Positions 46,045 to 55,877 of a stretch of DNA of 64,000 nucleotides are shown here, one piece after another. Within the stretch, counting starts at the first letter, position 1; every line of letters starts with the position of its first letter. Origin of the DNA: Gemmatimonas sp. (GTDB lineage: Bacteria; Gemmatimonadota; Gemmatimonadetes; Gemmatimonadales; Gemmatimonadaceae); contig OZ257156.1 of assembly GCA_965279375.1 (NCBI GenBank), positions 5,184,001 through 5,248,000 on the forward strand, read 5' to 3'. A program made the position numbers and the translations under genes. A model generated the notes under the pieces. The model was not told the DNA's origin and did not search any database. It saw only the letters and a program-made list of their open reading frames with translations.

Positions 46045-47334
46045 TCATCGATCGCTCAAGGTCTTGAGATACTTCACGAGCGCCGCTTCTTCCTGCGGCG
46101 TGAGACCGAGGTTGCCGAGTTCATCGACGTTCACGTTCGCGGCCACTTCCGGAGCGGGCCAGCAGGTATTGCCATAGCGCGGATCGTTGGGCAGCACGAT
46201 GCCGATGCAGTGCGGTAGCACGTCGCGCGTGTTGTAGAAGTGCACGACCTGTTCGATGCTCTTGAACGCGCCGTTATGCATGTACGACTTCGCATCGAAC
46301 ACAGACGGACGCTTGTCCATGTTGCGCAGCGTCGGGACCTTCTGCGCGCCGTGCAGATCGACGTCGCCAAGCACGCCGCCCAGTCCAAGGTCCACAAAGC
46401 CGTTGGCAACGCGCGCCGGGTTCAGCGGATTGGCCGGCACACCGATGTTGTCGTACGTGAAGTCGGTGAACAGCGCCTTCTGCCCGGCATTCGGATGACA
46501 GCCGGCGCATCCCGCCTTGTTCTCGAAGAGATCGAGCCCCGCCAGTTCCTCGGCCGTGAGCTGCTCCGTGCCTGCCAGGTAGCGATCGTACTTGCTGTTG
46601 AATGGGCTCACCTTCGTCGAGCCCTCGAAGGCCGCGATGCTGAGCGCAATGTTCACGTATTCGGCATTGACCTTGGCGCGTTCGGCAGGCGCCAGCGGCA
46701 CTGTGATCTTCTCGCGGGCGCACAATCCCTTGGTCGTGGCGGCGAACGGGATGGTACCGATCTGATTGCCCCAGACCGCCTTGTACTTGGCGATATAGGT
46801 CGACGTCACCACGCTCGCGACGACACACGCCTTGTCGGCGAGCGCCATCTCCGGATGGCCGAGGAATGGATCCATCGCCTGATCTGCGGCCGGATTGCCC
46901 GTGATCAGACCCGTCGCACGTCCATCCCAGAACATGCCGCCCACGTAGGCATCGGCATCGACGTCGAACCCGAAGACGGGACTGAACGTCGAGTAGGCAG
47001 CGGTCGGAGGACGGCGAACTCCAAATCGTCCCGCGACGGAGCCCTCCATAACGGCGCCACCCGCGTTGACCGTCGTGTTGGGCGACGTGAATCCGAAGCG
47101 CGCATCATGGCACGAGGCGCACGACTGATTGCCTTTGAGCGACAGTCGCTTGTCGTTGAACAGCGCGTCACCAACGTCGATCTTGAGCTGCTCGGCGGAG
47201 GAGACGGCGGACGCGATCTGCTGCGAACCGAGTGGAACGGCGGGCGTCGTCGGGGCGTCGGCGCACGCGGCGAGGAGCAACGCTAGCGCGCACGCGAAAG
47301 CGCGGCCTCCTAGAGGGCGAATTGCGGGAAGCAT
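46045..47334 (-). CDS. di-haem cytochrome c peroxidase/MauG family lipoprotein
   Basis: Lipobox LAAC; CASCH and CAGCH; FWDGRA; KVPTLRN; YMHNG. Confidence 0.9.
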   Translation of the reverse strand: MLPAIRPLGGRAFACALALLLAACADAPTTPAVPLGSQQIASAVSSAEQLKIDVGDALFNDKRLSLKGNQSCASCHDARFGFTSPNTTVNAGGAVMEGSVAGRFGVRRPPTAAYSTFSPVFGFDVDADAYVGGMFWDGRATGLITGNPAADQAMDPFLGHPEMALADKACVVASVVTSTYIAKYKAVWGNQIGTIPFAATTKGLCAREKITVPLAPAERAKVNAEYVNIALSIAAFEGSTKVSPFNSKYDRYLAGTEQLTAEELAGLDLFENKAGCAGCHPNAGQKALFTDFTYDNIGVPANPLNPARVANGFVDLGLGGVLGDVDLHGAQKVPTLRNMDKRPSVFDAKSYMHNGAFKSIEQVVHFYNTRDVLPHCIGIVLPNDPRYGNTCWPAPEVAANVNVDELGNLGLTPQEEAALVKYLKTLSDR

Positions 47335-47645
47335 TCTTTCGATCAGGCGGAGGGGAGCCGTACAGCAGCTGGGGACACCGCCCGCAGAGCAAGATCCGGA
47401 CCGCTTGCGATGCTCGTTACAACACCTTGAGAATTTGGACTGAACTAAATGTCGGCAATTGAGTATGAATCGGGCACTTACGCCTAATTCATGAACCTAA
47501 ACTAAACGACCCTAAAGGAATACAGGGTCGACGTTGGCGGTACTGATCGCGTCTCAAGCTGTTGAGTCCGTGCTACGCTCTCGTGGCGGGCTCACGGCAA
47601 AATGCGGCGTGGGCTCCCTCGTCGAGCAAACGTGTCGGGTATGAC

Positions 47646-48749
47646 TCACAGCGCGCGCTCGGCGGTCACTCGACGCGCTGACTCCGCGAGCGCTCGGACC
47701 ACGCCACCAAGCGCGGCAAATCGCGCATCGGCGGTGAGCCCCTGCACTGACCGCGCGTAGATCTGCTGCGCGATGATTGCGACCTTGAACAGGCCGAACG
47801 CATAGTAGAACGGCGCGTCGCTGACATCGCGGCCACTGGTCGCGCCGTACGCCTGCACCAGCTCCGCGCGCGTCATCGCCCCCGGCAGCGCGGTCACACC
47901 GAGGCCAAGCGAGCGGAAGATCGGCGCATCACCCGCTTCCACCCAATAGGCGAGCGACGTACCGAGGTCCATCAACGGATCGCCGATCGTGGCCATCTCC
48001 CAGTCGAGAATCGCACGTACGCGCGTCAGATGCTCCCGATCCAGCACAAGATTGTCGAACTTGAAGTCGTTGTGCACGAGCGACACACCGCGATCGGGCG
48101 GACGATTCGCCTCAAGCCACGCCGCCACCGCGTCGAGATCGGAGACCTCGCTCGTGCGCGAGGCGTGCCACCGCTTCGTCCACCCCTGCACCTGACGCGC
48201 CACGTATCCATCGGGGCGACCGAGCGCGGCCAGCGGCCCCTCACTGACATCAACGTCGTGCAACTGCGCCAACGTCTGCACGAAGGTGTGCGACAGTTCG
48301 CCGAGTCGTGAGGACATCGTCGCCGGCTCGGAGGTAAGCTCCGTCGGCGAAGCCCCGCGCAACACCACGCCATCCACATGCGCCATCACGAAGAATGGCG
48401 CGCCGATGATCGATGCATCGTTGCAACTCGCGATGGGCAACGGCACCGGAACGCCAAGCGGATGCAACGCCGAGAGAATGCCGTACTCGCGCAGTACGTC
48501 GTGCGCGATCCCCGGCTTCACCCCGCGTGGCGGGCGACGCAACACGAGTGCGCGCTCGCCATCCTCGGACGTGATCGCCACGAGGTACGTGAGATTGGAG
48601 AAGCCCGCCGGGAACTGTCGAACCGTCACTATCGCGCCCGCGGGCAATAGTTCTGGCACTGTCGCGCCGAGCCACGCGCGCAGCGCCGTCGGGTCCACCA
48701 GTTCACCATCGCGCACCGCGATGGTTCCGTCCGGTTGAGCGTCGCTCAT
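47646..48749 (-). CDS. phosphotransferase family protein (ACAD10/11 N-terminal kinase-like)
   Basis: GFSNLTY, LRRPP, HDVLREY, VHNDFKFDN, LDWEMATIGDPLMDLG. Confidence 0.9.
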   Translation of the reverse strand: MSDAQPDGTIAVRDGELVDPTALRAWLGATVPELLPAGAIVTVRQFPAGFSNLTYLVAITSEDGERALVLRRPPRGVKPGIAHDVLREYGILSALHPLGVPVPLPIASCNDASIIGAPFFVMAHVDGVVLRGASPTELTSEPATMSSRLGELSHTFVQTLAQLHDVDVSEGPLAALGRPDGYVARQVQGWTKRWHASRTSEVSDLDAVAAWLEANRPPDRGVSLVHNDFKFDNLVLDREHLTRVRAILDWEMATIGDPLMDLGTSLAYWVEAGDAPIFRSLGLGVTALPGAMTRAELVQAYGATSGRDVSDAPFYYAFGLFKVAIIAQQIYARSVQGLTADARFAALGGVVRALAESARRVTAERAL

Positions 48750-49990
48750 CCGCGCGCAGGGATTGCTGGAGGCAGATACGGCTTGAGTGCCCGTCGCGCA
48801 ATCACGGACTTGTGAACCTCGTCTGCGCCGTCGTAGATGCGCGCGGCCCGTTCGTGGCGGTACCACCACGCGAGCGGCGTGTCATCCGTCATGCCCAGCG
48901 CACCGTGCGCCTGAATCGCGCGGTCGAGCACACGCTGCAGCGTGTTCGCCACAAAGACCTTGATGTACGCGATCTCCTCGCGCGCCGCCTGCTGCCCTTC
49001 GCGCGCAATCTTTGTCGCTGCATCCAGCACCATCAATCGCGCCGCATGGATCTCGATGCGCGACTCGGCGATCCAGAACTGCACCGCCTGCTTGTCCGCC
49101 AACGGCGCGCCCGGCGACAGCTCACGCTCGGCGGCACGACGACACATCAGATCGAAGGCGCGTTCGCAAATGCCTATCCAGCGCATGCAGTGATGAATGC
49201 GCCCGGGGCCTAGCCTCTCCTGCGCCAGTGCGAATCCTGCGCCCTGCGGCCCAAGGAGATTGCGCACCGGCACGCGCACGCCGTCAAAGCGCACTTCGGC
49301 ATGACTCGCCCAGCCACCGCCTGCCTCACCCATCACGGAGATATTGCGCACGAGCGTGTAACCGTCCGCCGGCAGCGGTACGAGAATCTGACTCGCGCGC
49401 GCATGCGGCACCTTCGCCTCGGGATCGGTCACCGCCATCACCACGGCAAACGCGGCGCCGTCCGCGCTCGACGTGAACCACTTGTGTCCGGTGATCACGA
49501 ACTCGTCGCCGTCGCGCACTGCACGCGTCGACATCCACACCGGATTCGATCCCGCGTGTTCGGGCTCCGTCATAGCGAAGCAGCTGCGAATCTCGCCGCG
49601 CGCCAACGGCTCCAGAAACTGCGCGCGCTGTTCGTCCGTGCCGAACTGCAGCAGCAGCTCCATGTTCCCGACGTCCGGCGCCTGACAGTTGCACACGTAC
49701 GGCCCGAACGGCGTCCAGCCCAGCACCTCGGATAGCCGAGCGTAGGCATCGAGCGGGAGATCGCGACCGCCGAGTGACGCGGGAAGAAACGGCGACCACA
49801 ATCCCAGCGCACGCGCGCGTGAACGCAGCGTCGCCAGCGTTGGCTCGATCGACGCCCAGCTCCCCTGCATGAGCACCGGCTCGAGAGGCACCAGCTCGTC
49901 GCGTACAAAAGCGCGCGCCGTCGCGAGCAACGCATCCAGCTCGACTGCGGACATTGGCATCGATGCGTGCACAGCAGCGGCGTGGCTCAT
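48746..49990 (-). CDS. acyl-CoA dehydrogenase (ACAD10/11-like)
   Basis: NCQAPDVGNME, SCFAMTEP, RLGPGRIHHCMR, RIYDGADEVH. Confidence 0.92.
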   Translation of the reverse strand: MSHAAAVHASMPMSAVELDALLATARAFVRDELVPLEPVLMQGSWASIEPTLATLRSRARALGLWSPFLPASLGGRDLPLDAYARLSEVLGWTPFGPYVCNCQAPDVGNMELLLQFGTDEQRAQFLEPLARGEIRSCFAMTEPEHAGSNPVWMSTRAVRDGDEFVITGHKWFTSSADGAAFAVVMAVTDPEAKVPHARASQILVPLPADGYTLVRNISVMGEAGGGWASHAEVRFDGVRVPVRNLLGPQGAGFALAQERLGPGRIHHCMRWIGICERAFDLMCRRAAERELSPGAPLADKQAVQFWIAESRIEIHAARLMVLDAATKIAREGQQAAREEIAYIKVFVANTLQRVLDRAIQAHGALGMTDDTPLAWWYRHERAARIYDGADEVHKSVIARRALKPYLPPAIPARG

Positions 49991-50787
49991 GTCAGGTAGC
50001 CGCCATCGACCATGTACACACCGCCGGTGCAGTACGACGACGCCTCCGACGCGAGAAACAACGCGAGCCCCGACACATCTTCCGGAACACCGATTCGACG
50101 AATGGGCTGATGCCCCAGCACCTGCTGTGCGATTTGTTCATCCTGCCACAGCGCCTGACTGAACTTGGTCTTGATCAATCCCGGACAGATCACGTTCGCG
50201 CGAATGCCGTCGGCGCCCCACTCCTGCGCCATCACCTTGGTCAGCGACACGAGCGCCGCCTTGCTCACGCTGTACAACCCAAGCCCTGCTTCCGGCGACA
50301 CGCCGCCAATGCTCGAAATGTTCACGATCGAGCCACCACCGCGTTGAGCCATGACCGTGTGCGCGGTGCGACACAGCTCGAGCGGCCCTTTGAGGTTCAC
50401 CCCGAAGATCTTCGTGAACGCTTCGTCGGTGGACTGCTGCAGCGGCCCGAACACCGGATTCGTGGCGGCATTGTTGACGATGATGTCGATCCCGTCGAAG
50501 TGCTGCACCGCGCGCGCCGCGAGTTCATGACAGTCCGACGCATTGCCCATGTGCGCAGGCACGCCCACGACCGTGTGCCCCTCCTCGCTCAAGGCTCGCA
50601 CCACGGCGTCCACATGCTCCGGCCGTCGGCTCGAAATCACGACCTTCGCGCCCGCGCGCGCAAACGTCGTGGCGATCGCCAACCCGATGCCGCGCGTGGC
50701 TCCCGTCACGATCGCCACCTTGCCATCAAGGCGGAGTCGCGAAATGGCGTCGTCGTGCGGAGGCGTCAGTGGCTCGATGGCGGACAT
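49987..50787 (-). CDS. short-chain dehydrogenase/reductase (DHRS4-like)
   Basis: TGATRGIG, NNAATNP, YSVSK, PGLIKT; GGAG RBS. Confidence 0.92.
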   Translation of the reverse strand: MSAIEPLTPPHDDAISRLRLDGKVAIVTGATRGIGLAIATTFARAGAKVVISSRRPEHVDAVVRALSEEGHTVVGVPAHMGNASDCHELAARAVQHFDGIDIIVNNAATNPVFGPLQQSTDEAFTKIFGVNLKGPLELCRTAHTVMAQRGGGSIVNISSIGGVSPEAGLGLYSVSKAALVSLTKVMAQEWGADGIRANVICPGLIKTKFSQALWQDEQIAQQVLGHQPIRRIGVPEDVSGLALFLASEASSYCTGGVYMVDGGYLT

Positions 50788-50822
50788 CGGATACACTCCG
50801 AAAGGAGGAAGAGACGAAACTA

Positions 50823-50860
50823 GCGATCCATCAACGATTCATCGGCGATTCATCAGCGAT
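50823..50860. repeat. 11-bp tandem direct repeat (consensus RCGATTCATCR), about 3.5 copies
   Basis: GCGATCCATCA/ACGATTCATCG/GCGATTCATCA/GCGAT, upstream of the SDR gene. Confidence 0.7.
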
Positions 50861-52463
50861 CGAGTCTCGTGACGCGGCCGATGGGTGGCGGCACGATCTT
50901 TCCCTGCATGCGTTCGAGATGCTGCAACACGAGATCTGCCGTGCGCGGCGACGAGGTGGGCGCGGCCTCCAGTGTCTTGCATGCTGCTGCCGCTTCCGGA
51001 ATGCGATAGCCATCGCCACCGCGACATGCCGGATACGTCACCGCCGACACCCGCACGGAATCCGTCGGCGCCATCACGCGACCATCAGCGTAGCGCAGCG
51101 GTCCAACCAGACGCGCGCCACTCGGCAACCGCGCATCGAACGCAAAGCGCACGCCGCTTACCTGCGGATACGGCCCGTTCGCCAGACTGCCCACGGCCAC
51201 ACCATGCTCCAGCAGCGCGCGCAAACGCTCGCCGGTCAGCGTGAACGACACCACGCGCGTCTCGTCCGCGAAGAGGAAGATCCCCTCAATCATGTGCCGC
51301 GTGATCGGACCCGCGGCCATCATGTCGTCGAAACGTAACGCGCCGGAGTTGATCATCGAGACATCCGCGCGCGTCCCCTCGCGAATCGCATCGGCGATCA
51401 TGTTGCCGAAGGGACTCTCACGCTTGGAGATGGAGTCGATGGCGTTGATCGGCTCCGGCGCGATACCCAGCACGCGGTCCGGCCCGATCCGACGCGTCAA
51501 CGTGTCACGCCAGGCCTGCACGACGGTACGTGTCTGCGGCTCGTCCGGCATCCCCGAGCCAATTCTGAAGACGGTGTCCCGCACCTGCCACGCAACGCCG
51601 CGTTTGCTGAACGTCAGCAGCACGGCCGTACGTGCGTTCGACACGGCCTTCACCACCAATCGCCCGCCGCGCTCGGCGCGACGTCCGTTGTGGTCGTGCC
51701 CGCCGATTATCGCCGCGATACGCGGCTCGTGCTCGATCGTGGCCACATCTTCGGTCATGTTCCGGTGCGTCAGACCGACGATCAGCTCCGCGCCGGCGCG
51801 CTGCAGCGTGTCCACCAACCTCGCGGTCGCACTGTCCGCATCCCGGCAACGCACATACGCGGGGTAGTCGCGCGCAATCGTCGTCCCGAAAATCCCGACA
51901 CGCACACCGTTCACCCGAACCGTGTCCCAGCCGCGTACGCCCGGAAACGAGGCACCGCTCGTCTCGCCGCAGTTGGCGGACATCCAGCGAAAGCGCGACT
52001 CGCCCAACCGCGCGACCAGGTTGTTGCGCGAGCCATCAAACTCGTGATTGCCAAGCGTGGCGTAGTCGAGGCGCGCGGCGTTGAAGCCCTGGACCATCTG
52101 CGCGCCGCCGTACCACTTGCCCAACACACTCGGCGAGAGCACGTCGCCGGCCAACACGAACAACACGGGTTGCCGTGTTACGCGCTCGATGGAATCGCGC
52201 AGGTGCGCGACGCGTGCGAGTCCGCCCGTGCCGTCGCGCAGCGTATCGATCACGTACACGTCGTTGACCAGCAACATGCGCACAACGGTGTCGCGCGTTG
52301 TGCCGCGGGTCGCATCGCCTTGCGCGGGGACTCCTTCACTACGTGCGGTCAGGCGACCGCCGGCACACCCCGCAACCAGCACTGCGATCAACACGCCCAG
52401 GAGTACGCGCACACGAGGCCGCGTAGCGCTTGGCGTACGCGGCGATCGGGGCGACGTCGTCAT
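50853..52463 (-). CDS. bifunctional metallophosphatase/5'-nucleotidase lipoprotein
   Basis: Lipobox VAGC; NDVY, AGDVLSPS, GNHEFD, GGHDH, ESPFGNMIAD, NSGALR. Confidence 0.9.
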   Translation of the reverse strand: MTTSPRSPRTPSATRPRVRVLLGVLIAVLVAGCAGGRLTARSEGVPAQGDATRGTTRDTVVRMLLVNDVYVIDTLRDGTGGLARVAHLRDSIERVTRQPVLFVLAGDVLSPSVLGKWYGGAQMVQGFNAARLDYATLGNHEFDGSRNNLVARLGESRFRWMSANCGETSGASFPGVRGWDTVRVNGVRVGIFGTTIARDYPAYVRCRDADSATARLVDTLQRAGAELIVGLTHRNMTEDVATIEHEPRIAAIIGGHDHNGRRAERGGRLVVKAVSNARTAVLLTFSKRGVAWQVRDTVFRIGSGMPDEPQTRTVVQAWRDTLTRRIGPDRVLGIAPEPINAIDSISKRESPFGNMIADAIREGTRADVSMINSGALRFDDMMAAGPITRHMIEGIFLFADETRVVSFTLTGERLRALLEHGVAVGSLANGPYPQVSGVRFAFDARLPSGARLVGPLRYADGRVMAPTDSVRVSAVTYPACRGGDGYRIPEAAAACKTLEAAPTSSPRTADLVLQHLERMQGKIVPPPIGRVTRLDR

Positions 52464-52476
52464 GAGCGGCAGTCGC

Positions 52477-53751
52477 TCAGGTGATCGACGCGGGGTCCAC
52501 GCCCCGGATCGCGAAGACGCGTGCGACCGCGTCGCCAATCTTGTTGTTCGGTGTACTCGCGCCCGCCGTGATGCCGACACGCAGCGGACCACTCTGCCGC
52601 AGCCAGTCGGACGCGAAGTCTTCGACATGCTTGGCGCCGATGCGGCGATAGCGCACCGAGTTCGCGTCAATGTCGATGTCGTCCGGATCGGCGATGTGGA
52701 ACGTCGGCACCTGCTCGCCACACAACGCCGCGAGCGAGATCGTATTGCTGGAGTTGTAACCGCCCACCACCACCATCAGGTCCAGCGGCTCGCGCAGCAG
52801 CTCCACGACCGCGTCCTGCCGGTCCTGCGTCGCGCTGCAGATCGTGTCGAACGTTCGGAAATGCTCGGAGCGATGATCCTGGCCGTGTGCACGCGCCATC
52901 GCCTCACCAACCGCCGCACCGATCGCCAGCGACTCGCGCGCGAGCATCGTCGTCTGGTTGGCCACACCGATGCGGTCCAGGTGACGATCCGGATCGAAGT
53001 GATCCGACGCCGCACGCGCGAACTTCTCGAGGAACTCCTCACGCGACAGCGGCGGGCGCGGCGTCGACTTTCCGGCGCGCGCCTCGATGTAGTCCATCAC
53101 CATCTCAGCTTCCGACATGTCGCGGACGACCAGATACTGCCCGCCCGGATACTTCTCCACCTGCGATGCCGTCGCGCGCGTCTCTTCGTGGTAGTACTTG
53201 CCGTGAATGAGCGACGTGAAGCCGTCGCGCGCGTACACCTCCACGCGCTTCCACACGTTGAGCACGGAACCGCAGGTGGTATCCACCACCACGCATCCCA
53301 ACTCGCGCAACGTCTGGAAATCCTGAATCGTGACGCCGAAGGCAGGCAGGATCACCACATCTTCCTGCTTCACCTGCGCGTAGTCGAACCCCTTGCCGCT
53401 GGCCGCAAGAAACACCACGCCCATCTCGCGCAGCTTCTCGTTCACATGCGGGTTGTGAATGATCTCGCCCGCCAGAAAGATGCGCCGCTCGGGAAACTTC
53501 ACGCGCGTCTGATACGCGTAGTCCACCGCGCGCTCGACGCCGTAGCAGAAGCCGAATTCCTTCGCCAGCCGCACCGTCGTGTCGCCCGCGGCCAGCGTGT
53601 AGTCGCGAGCGCGTAGCAGGTCCACCAGATGACCGGTGTAGTCGGCAGCCAGCGTATTCTGGACTTCGGCCTTCAGGCCGAAGCCTTTGCGAACGTAGGT
53701 GGCAGCAGCCGTCGCCGGTGCGCCGCCCGAGGCGGTATGGTTCTCAGACAT
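52477..53751 (-). CDS. ispH: 4-hydroxy-3-methylbut-2-enyl diphosphate reductase
   Basis: GFCYGVERA, IIHNP, DTTC, HEET, NQTT, TICSATQDRQ, SSN, TAGASTP. Confidence 0.95.
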   Translation of the reverse strand: MSENHTASGGAPATAAATYVRKGFGLKAEVQNTLAADYTGHLVDLLRARDYTLAAGDTTVRLAKEFGFCYGVERAVDYAYQTRVKFPERRIFLAGEIIHNPHVNEKLREMGVVFLAASGKGFDYAQVKQEDVVILPAFGVTIQDFQTLRELGCVVVDTTCGSVLNVWKRVEVYARDGFTSLIHGKYYHEETRATASQVEKYPGGQYLVVRDMSEAEMVMDYIEARAGKSTPRPPLSREEFLEKFARAASDHFDPDRHLDRIGVANQTTMLARESLAIGAAVGEAMARAHGQDHRSEHFRTFDTICSATQDRQDAVVELLREPLDLMVVVGGYNSSNTISLAALCGEQVPTFHIADPDDIDIDANSVRYRRIGAKHVEDFASDWLRQSGPLRVGITAGASTPNNKIGDAVARVFAIRGVDPASIT

Positions 53752-53760
53752 GACGCTAAT

Positions 53761-54222
53761 CTAGCGGACGCCGGGCGGGACCGAACGAGCCATCTCCACC
53801 GTGCAGGCGAACGGTGCCAGCGCCTGCCGGACCACCCGCGGAAGCGGGCGCTTCTCGAACGTTGCCGCCGTCACACACACCACGACCATCGCCGCGCCGG
53901 CCACCAGCACACCGCGATCGGCCAGCCACACATCGACGTTGAGCGTGAGCGAGGTGTCCCCCATTCGCGACACGTACGTGACCATCGACAGGGCGTCATC
54001 GAGACGTGCCGGTGCCAGATACTCGATGGCGAGATGTCGTCGCGGCATCCAGACCGTCGCCTCCTCGAAATTCTCGCCGTACGGCAAACCCGCCGCCCGC
54101 AACATCTCCTGCTCGGCGTTCTCCACCAGACGCGTGAACGCGCTGAATCGCATGATGCGAATCTGGTCCACGTCCGCCCAGCGGACCCGGTCTTGCAAGA
54201 TGAACGGCTGACCCGATTCCAT
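53761..54222 (-). CDS. acyl-CoA thioesterase (YbgC/4HBT hotdog fold)
   Basis: RVRWADVD, IEYLAPARLDD, GDTSL; start uncertain. Confidence 0.8.
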   Translation of the reverse strand: MESGQPFILQDRVRWADVDQIRIMRFSAFTRLVENAEQEMLRAAGLPYGENFEEATVWMPRRHLAIEYLAPARLDDALSMVTYVSRMGDTSLTLNVDVWLADRGVLVAGAAMVVVCVTAATFEKRPLPRVVRQALAPFACTVEMARSVPPGVR

Positions 54223-54352
54223 TGCGCTCGTGGTGAGGGTTGCAGGGTGACGGTCGCTGGCAGCGACAGCAGTCGCCCGTGACAAACTAGCGGCATTGGC
54301 TGGTCAGGTTTTCCCTCTTGACCGTTCCTTCGGCCCCCCCAATCCTCAATCC

Positions 54353-55264
54353 ATGTACCGTCACCTGCTCGTTCCGATCGACGGCTCCGCCTTCAGTGCA
54401 AGCGCCCTTCCGCTGGCCGCTGCACTCGCCCGTCGCGTGGATGCGGAAGTGCACCTCGTCCTGGTGCACGACCCAAGCGCCTTCATCCCGTTCGCCGCGG
54501 GAGAAGTCGCTGTTCCGGTCTACGACGCCGAACTGGTGAAGGAGCAGCGGGCCATCGATCAGCGTGCACTCGAGGCTGAGGCCGCCAAGATTGCCGCGAT
54601 GGGCGCGCGCGTTTCCGTCAAACTCCTCGAAGGGACGACCATCGAGGCGCTGGTGGAGCATGGCGCGGCGATCGGCGCCGACCTCACCGTGATGACCACG
54701 CACGGACGCGGAGGATTCGCCCGCGTGCGACTGGGCAGCACCGCTACCGCCTATCTGGAGCGCGCCACCACGCCAGTGCTACTGGTGCACGGGAGCACAA
54801 CGGAAACGCCGGCTCTCCCCACCGGTACGGTACTGGTCCCGCTCGACGGGTCCGCGCTGGCCGAAAGTGTGCTGCCGCATGCGCGCACCTTCGCAGAGGC
54901 GATCGGCGCTTCGCTCGCGCTGATCGCCGTGTCCGTGCCGCACGCCATGCCCATGGCGCCATTCGGTACAGAGTTGTTGGCCGATACCGGCGCGATGGAC
55001 GCCGAGCTCCAGGGACGTGAGGACTACCTCACGCGAATTCAGGCCACCTGCGCCGCCGGGACGACCACGCACGCGGTCACCGATCTGTCCGTGGGGCGAG
55101 CCATTCTCGACGAGGCCACACGAATTGGCTCTGGCGCGATCGCCATCGCCACGCACGGCCGCGGTGGTCTGATGCGCATGATCATGGGCAGCGTGGCCGA
55201 CGAGATCGTGCGCCACGCCGATCGGCCGGTGCTGGTTTACCGTCCCGAGCTCGCCGAGAAGTAG
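54353..55264 (+). CDS. universal stress protein (tandem USP domains)
   Basis: LVPIDGS and LVPLDGS; THGRGG..R..LGS and THGRGG..R..MGSVA. Confidence 0.92.
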   Translation: MYRHLLVPIDGSAFSASALPLAAALARRVDAEVHLVLVHDPSAFIPFAAGEVAVPVYDAELVKEQRAIDQRALEAEAAKIAAMGARVSVKLLEGTTIEALVEHGAAIGADLTVMTTHGRGGFARVRLGSTATAYLERATTPVLLVHGSTTETPALPTGTVLVPLDGSALAESVLPHARTFAEAIGASLALIAVSVPHAMPMAPFGTELLADTGAMDAELQGREDYLTRIQATCAAGTTTHAVTDLSVGRAILDEATRIGSGAIAIATHGRGGLMRMIMGSVADEIVRHADRPVLVYRPELAEK

Positions 55265-55788
55265 TCCGGGGCAATCCAGCGCGCCAACGCGTAGGTGACC
55301 AACGGCTCGTAGGCGCCCTGCCGATCGATCAACCCAGCCGTCAGGATACCGACGGCGCCGCGGCCGTGCTTGGTCCCCACCGTCTGGGCGACGGCGTCCA
55401 TCGCGTGGCCCAACTCTTCACCGCCGCGAATGCGCGCCGCCACCGTGTCGGGGAGCGGCATCGCCAGCGATCCGCCAACGCCGCGCTGCCCATCCCGGTC
55501 CACCACCACCGCCCAGGCGCAGCTACGCATGCTTCCATCGGGCTCTTCCACTACGCCCCCTTCGAGTCCCACCCCCAGATCGGCCTCCGACGCCGCCAGC
55601 ACCGCGCGCGCCCGCGACTCGGCGCCGCGAATCGTCTCCTCATCGCCGAATGGCTGATCCGGCACGCCGCTCGCGGCGGACATCCCGGCCACCTGCGCCT
55701 CCGGCCACAGCCGCGCGATCACTGCGCGCACCGCCGCTATCTTGACTGGGTTGAGTGAACCGACGAGGACGAGGCGAGGAGGGTGCAT
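55237..55788 (-). CDS. yjjX: inosine/xanthosine triphosphatase
   Basis: GSLNPVK, SGVPDQP, ETIRGA..RA, GLEGG, ELG..MD, GAVGILT. Confidence 0.85.
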   Translation of the reverse strand: MHPPRLVLVGSLNPVKIAAVRAVIARLWPEAQVAGMSAASGVPDQPFGDEETIRGAESRARAVLAASEADLGVGLEGGVVEEPDGSMRSCAWAVVVDRDGQRGVGGSLAMPLPDTVAARIRGGEELGHAMDAVAQTVGTKHGRGAVGILTAGLIDRQGAYEPLVTYALARWIAPDYFSASSGR

Positions 55789-55877
55789 GGGAGTTGGAAG
55801 ATCGGGACGCAGCGTCAACCAGACGGGGCCACGTGCTTGCTCGCAGCCACGTAGCGGAGTAACCTAGCATTTCTGCA

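Noticed and set aside
47646..48749. Aminoglycoside resistance kinase
   Set aside because: Motifs and context fit the ACAD10/11-type acyl-CoA kinase rather than an APH resistance enzyme.
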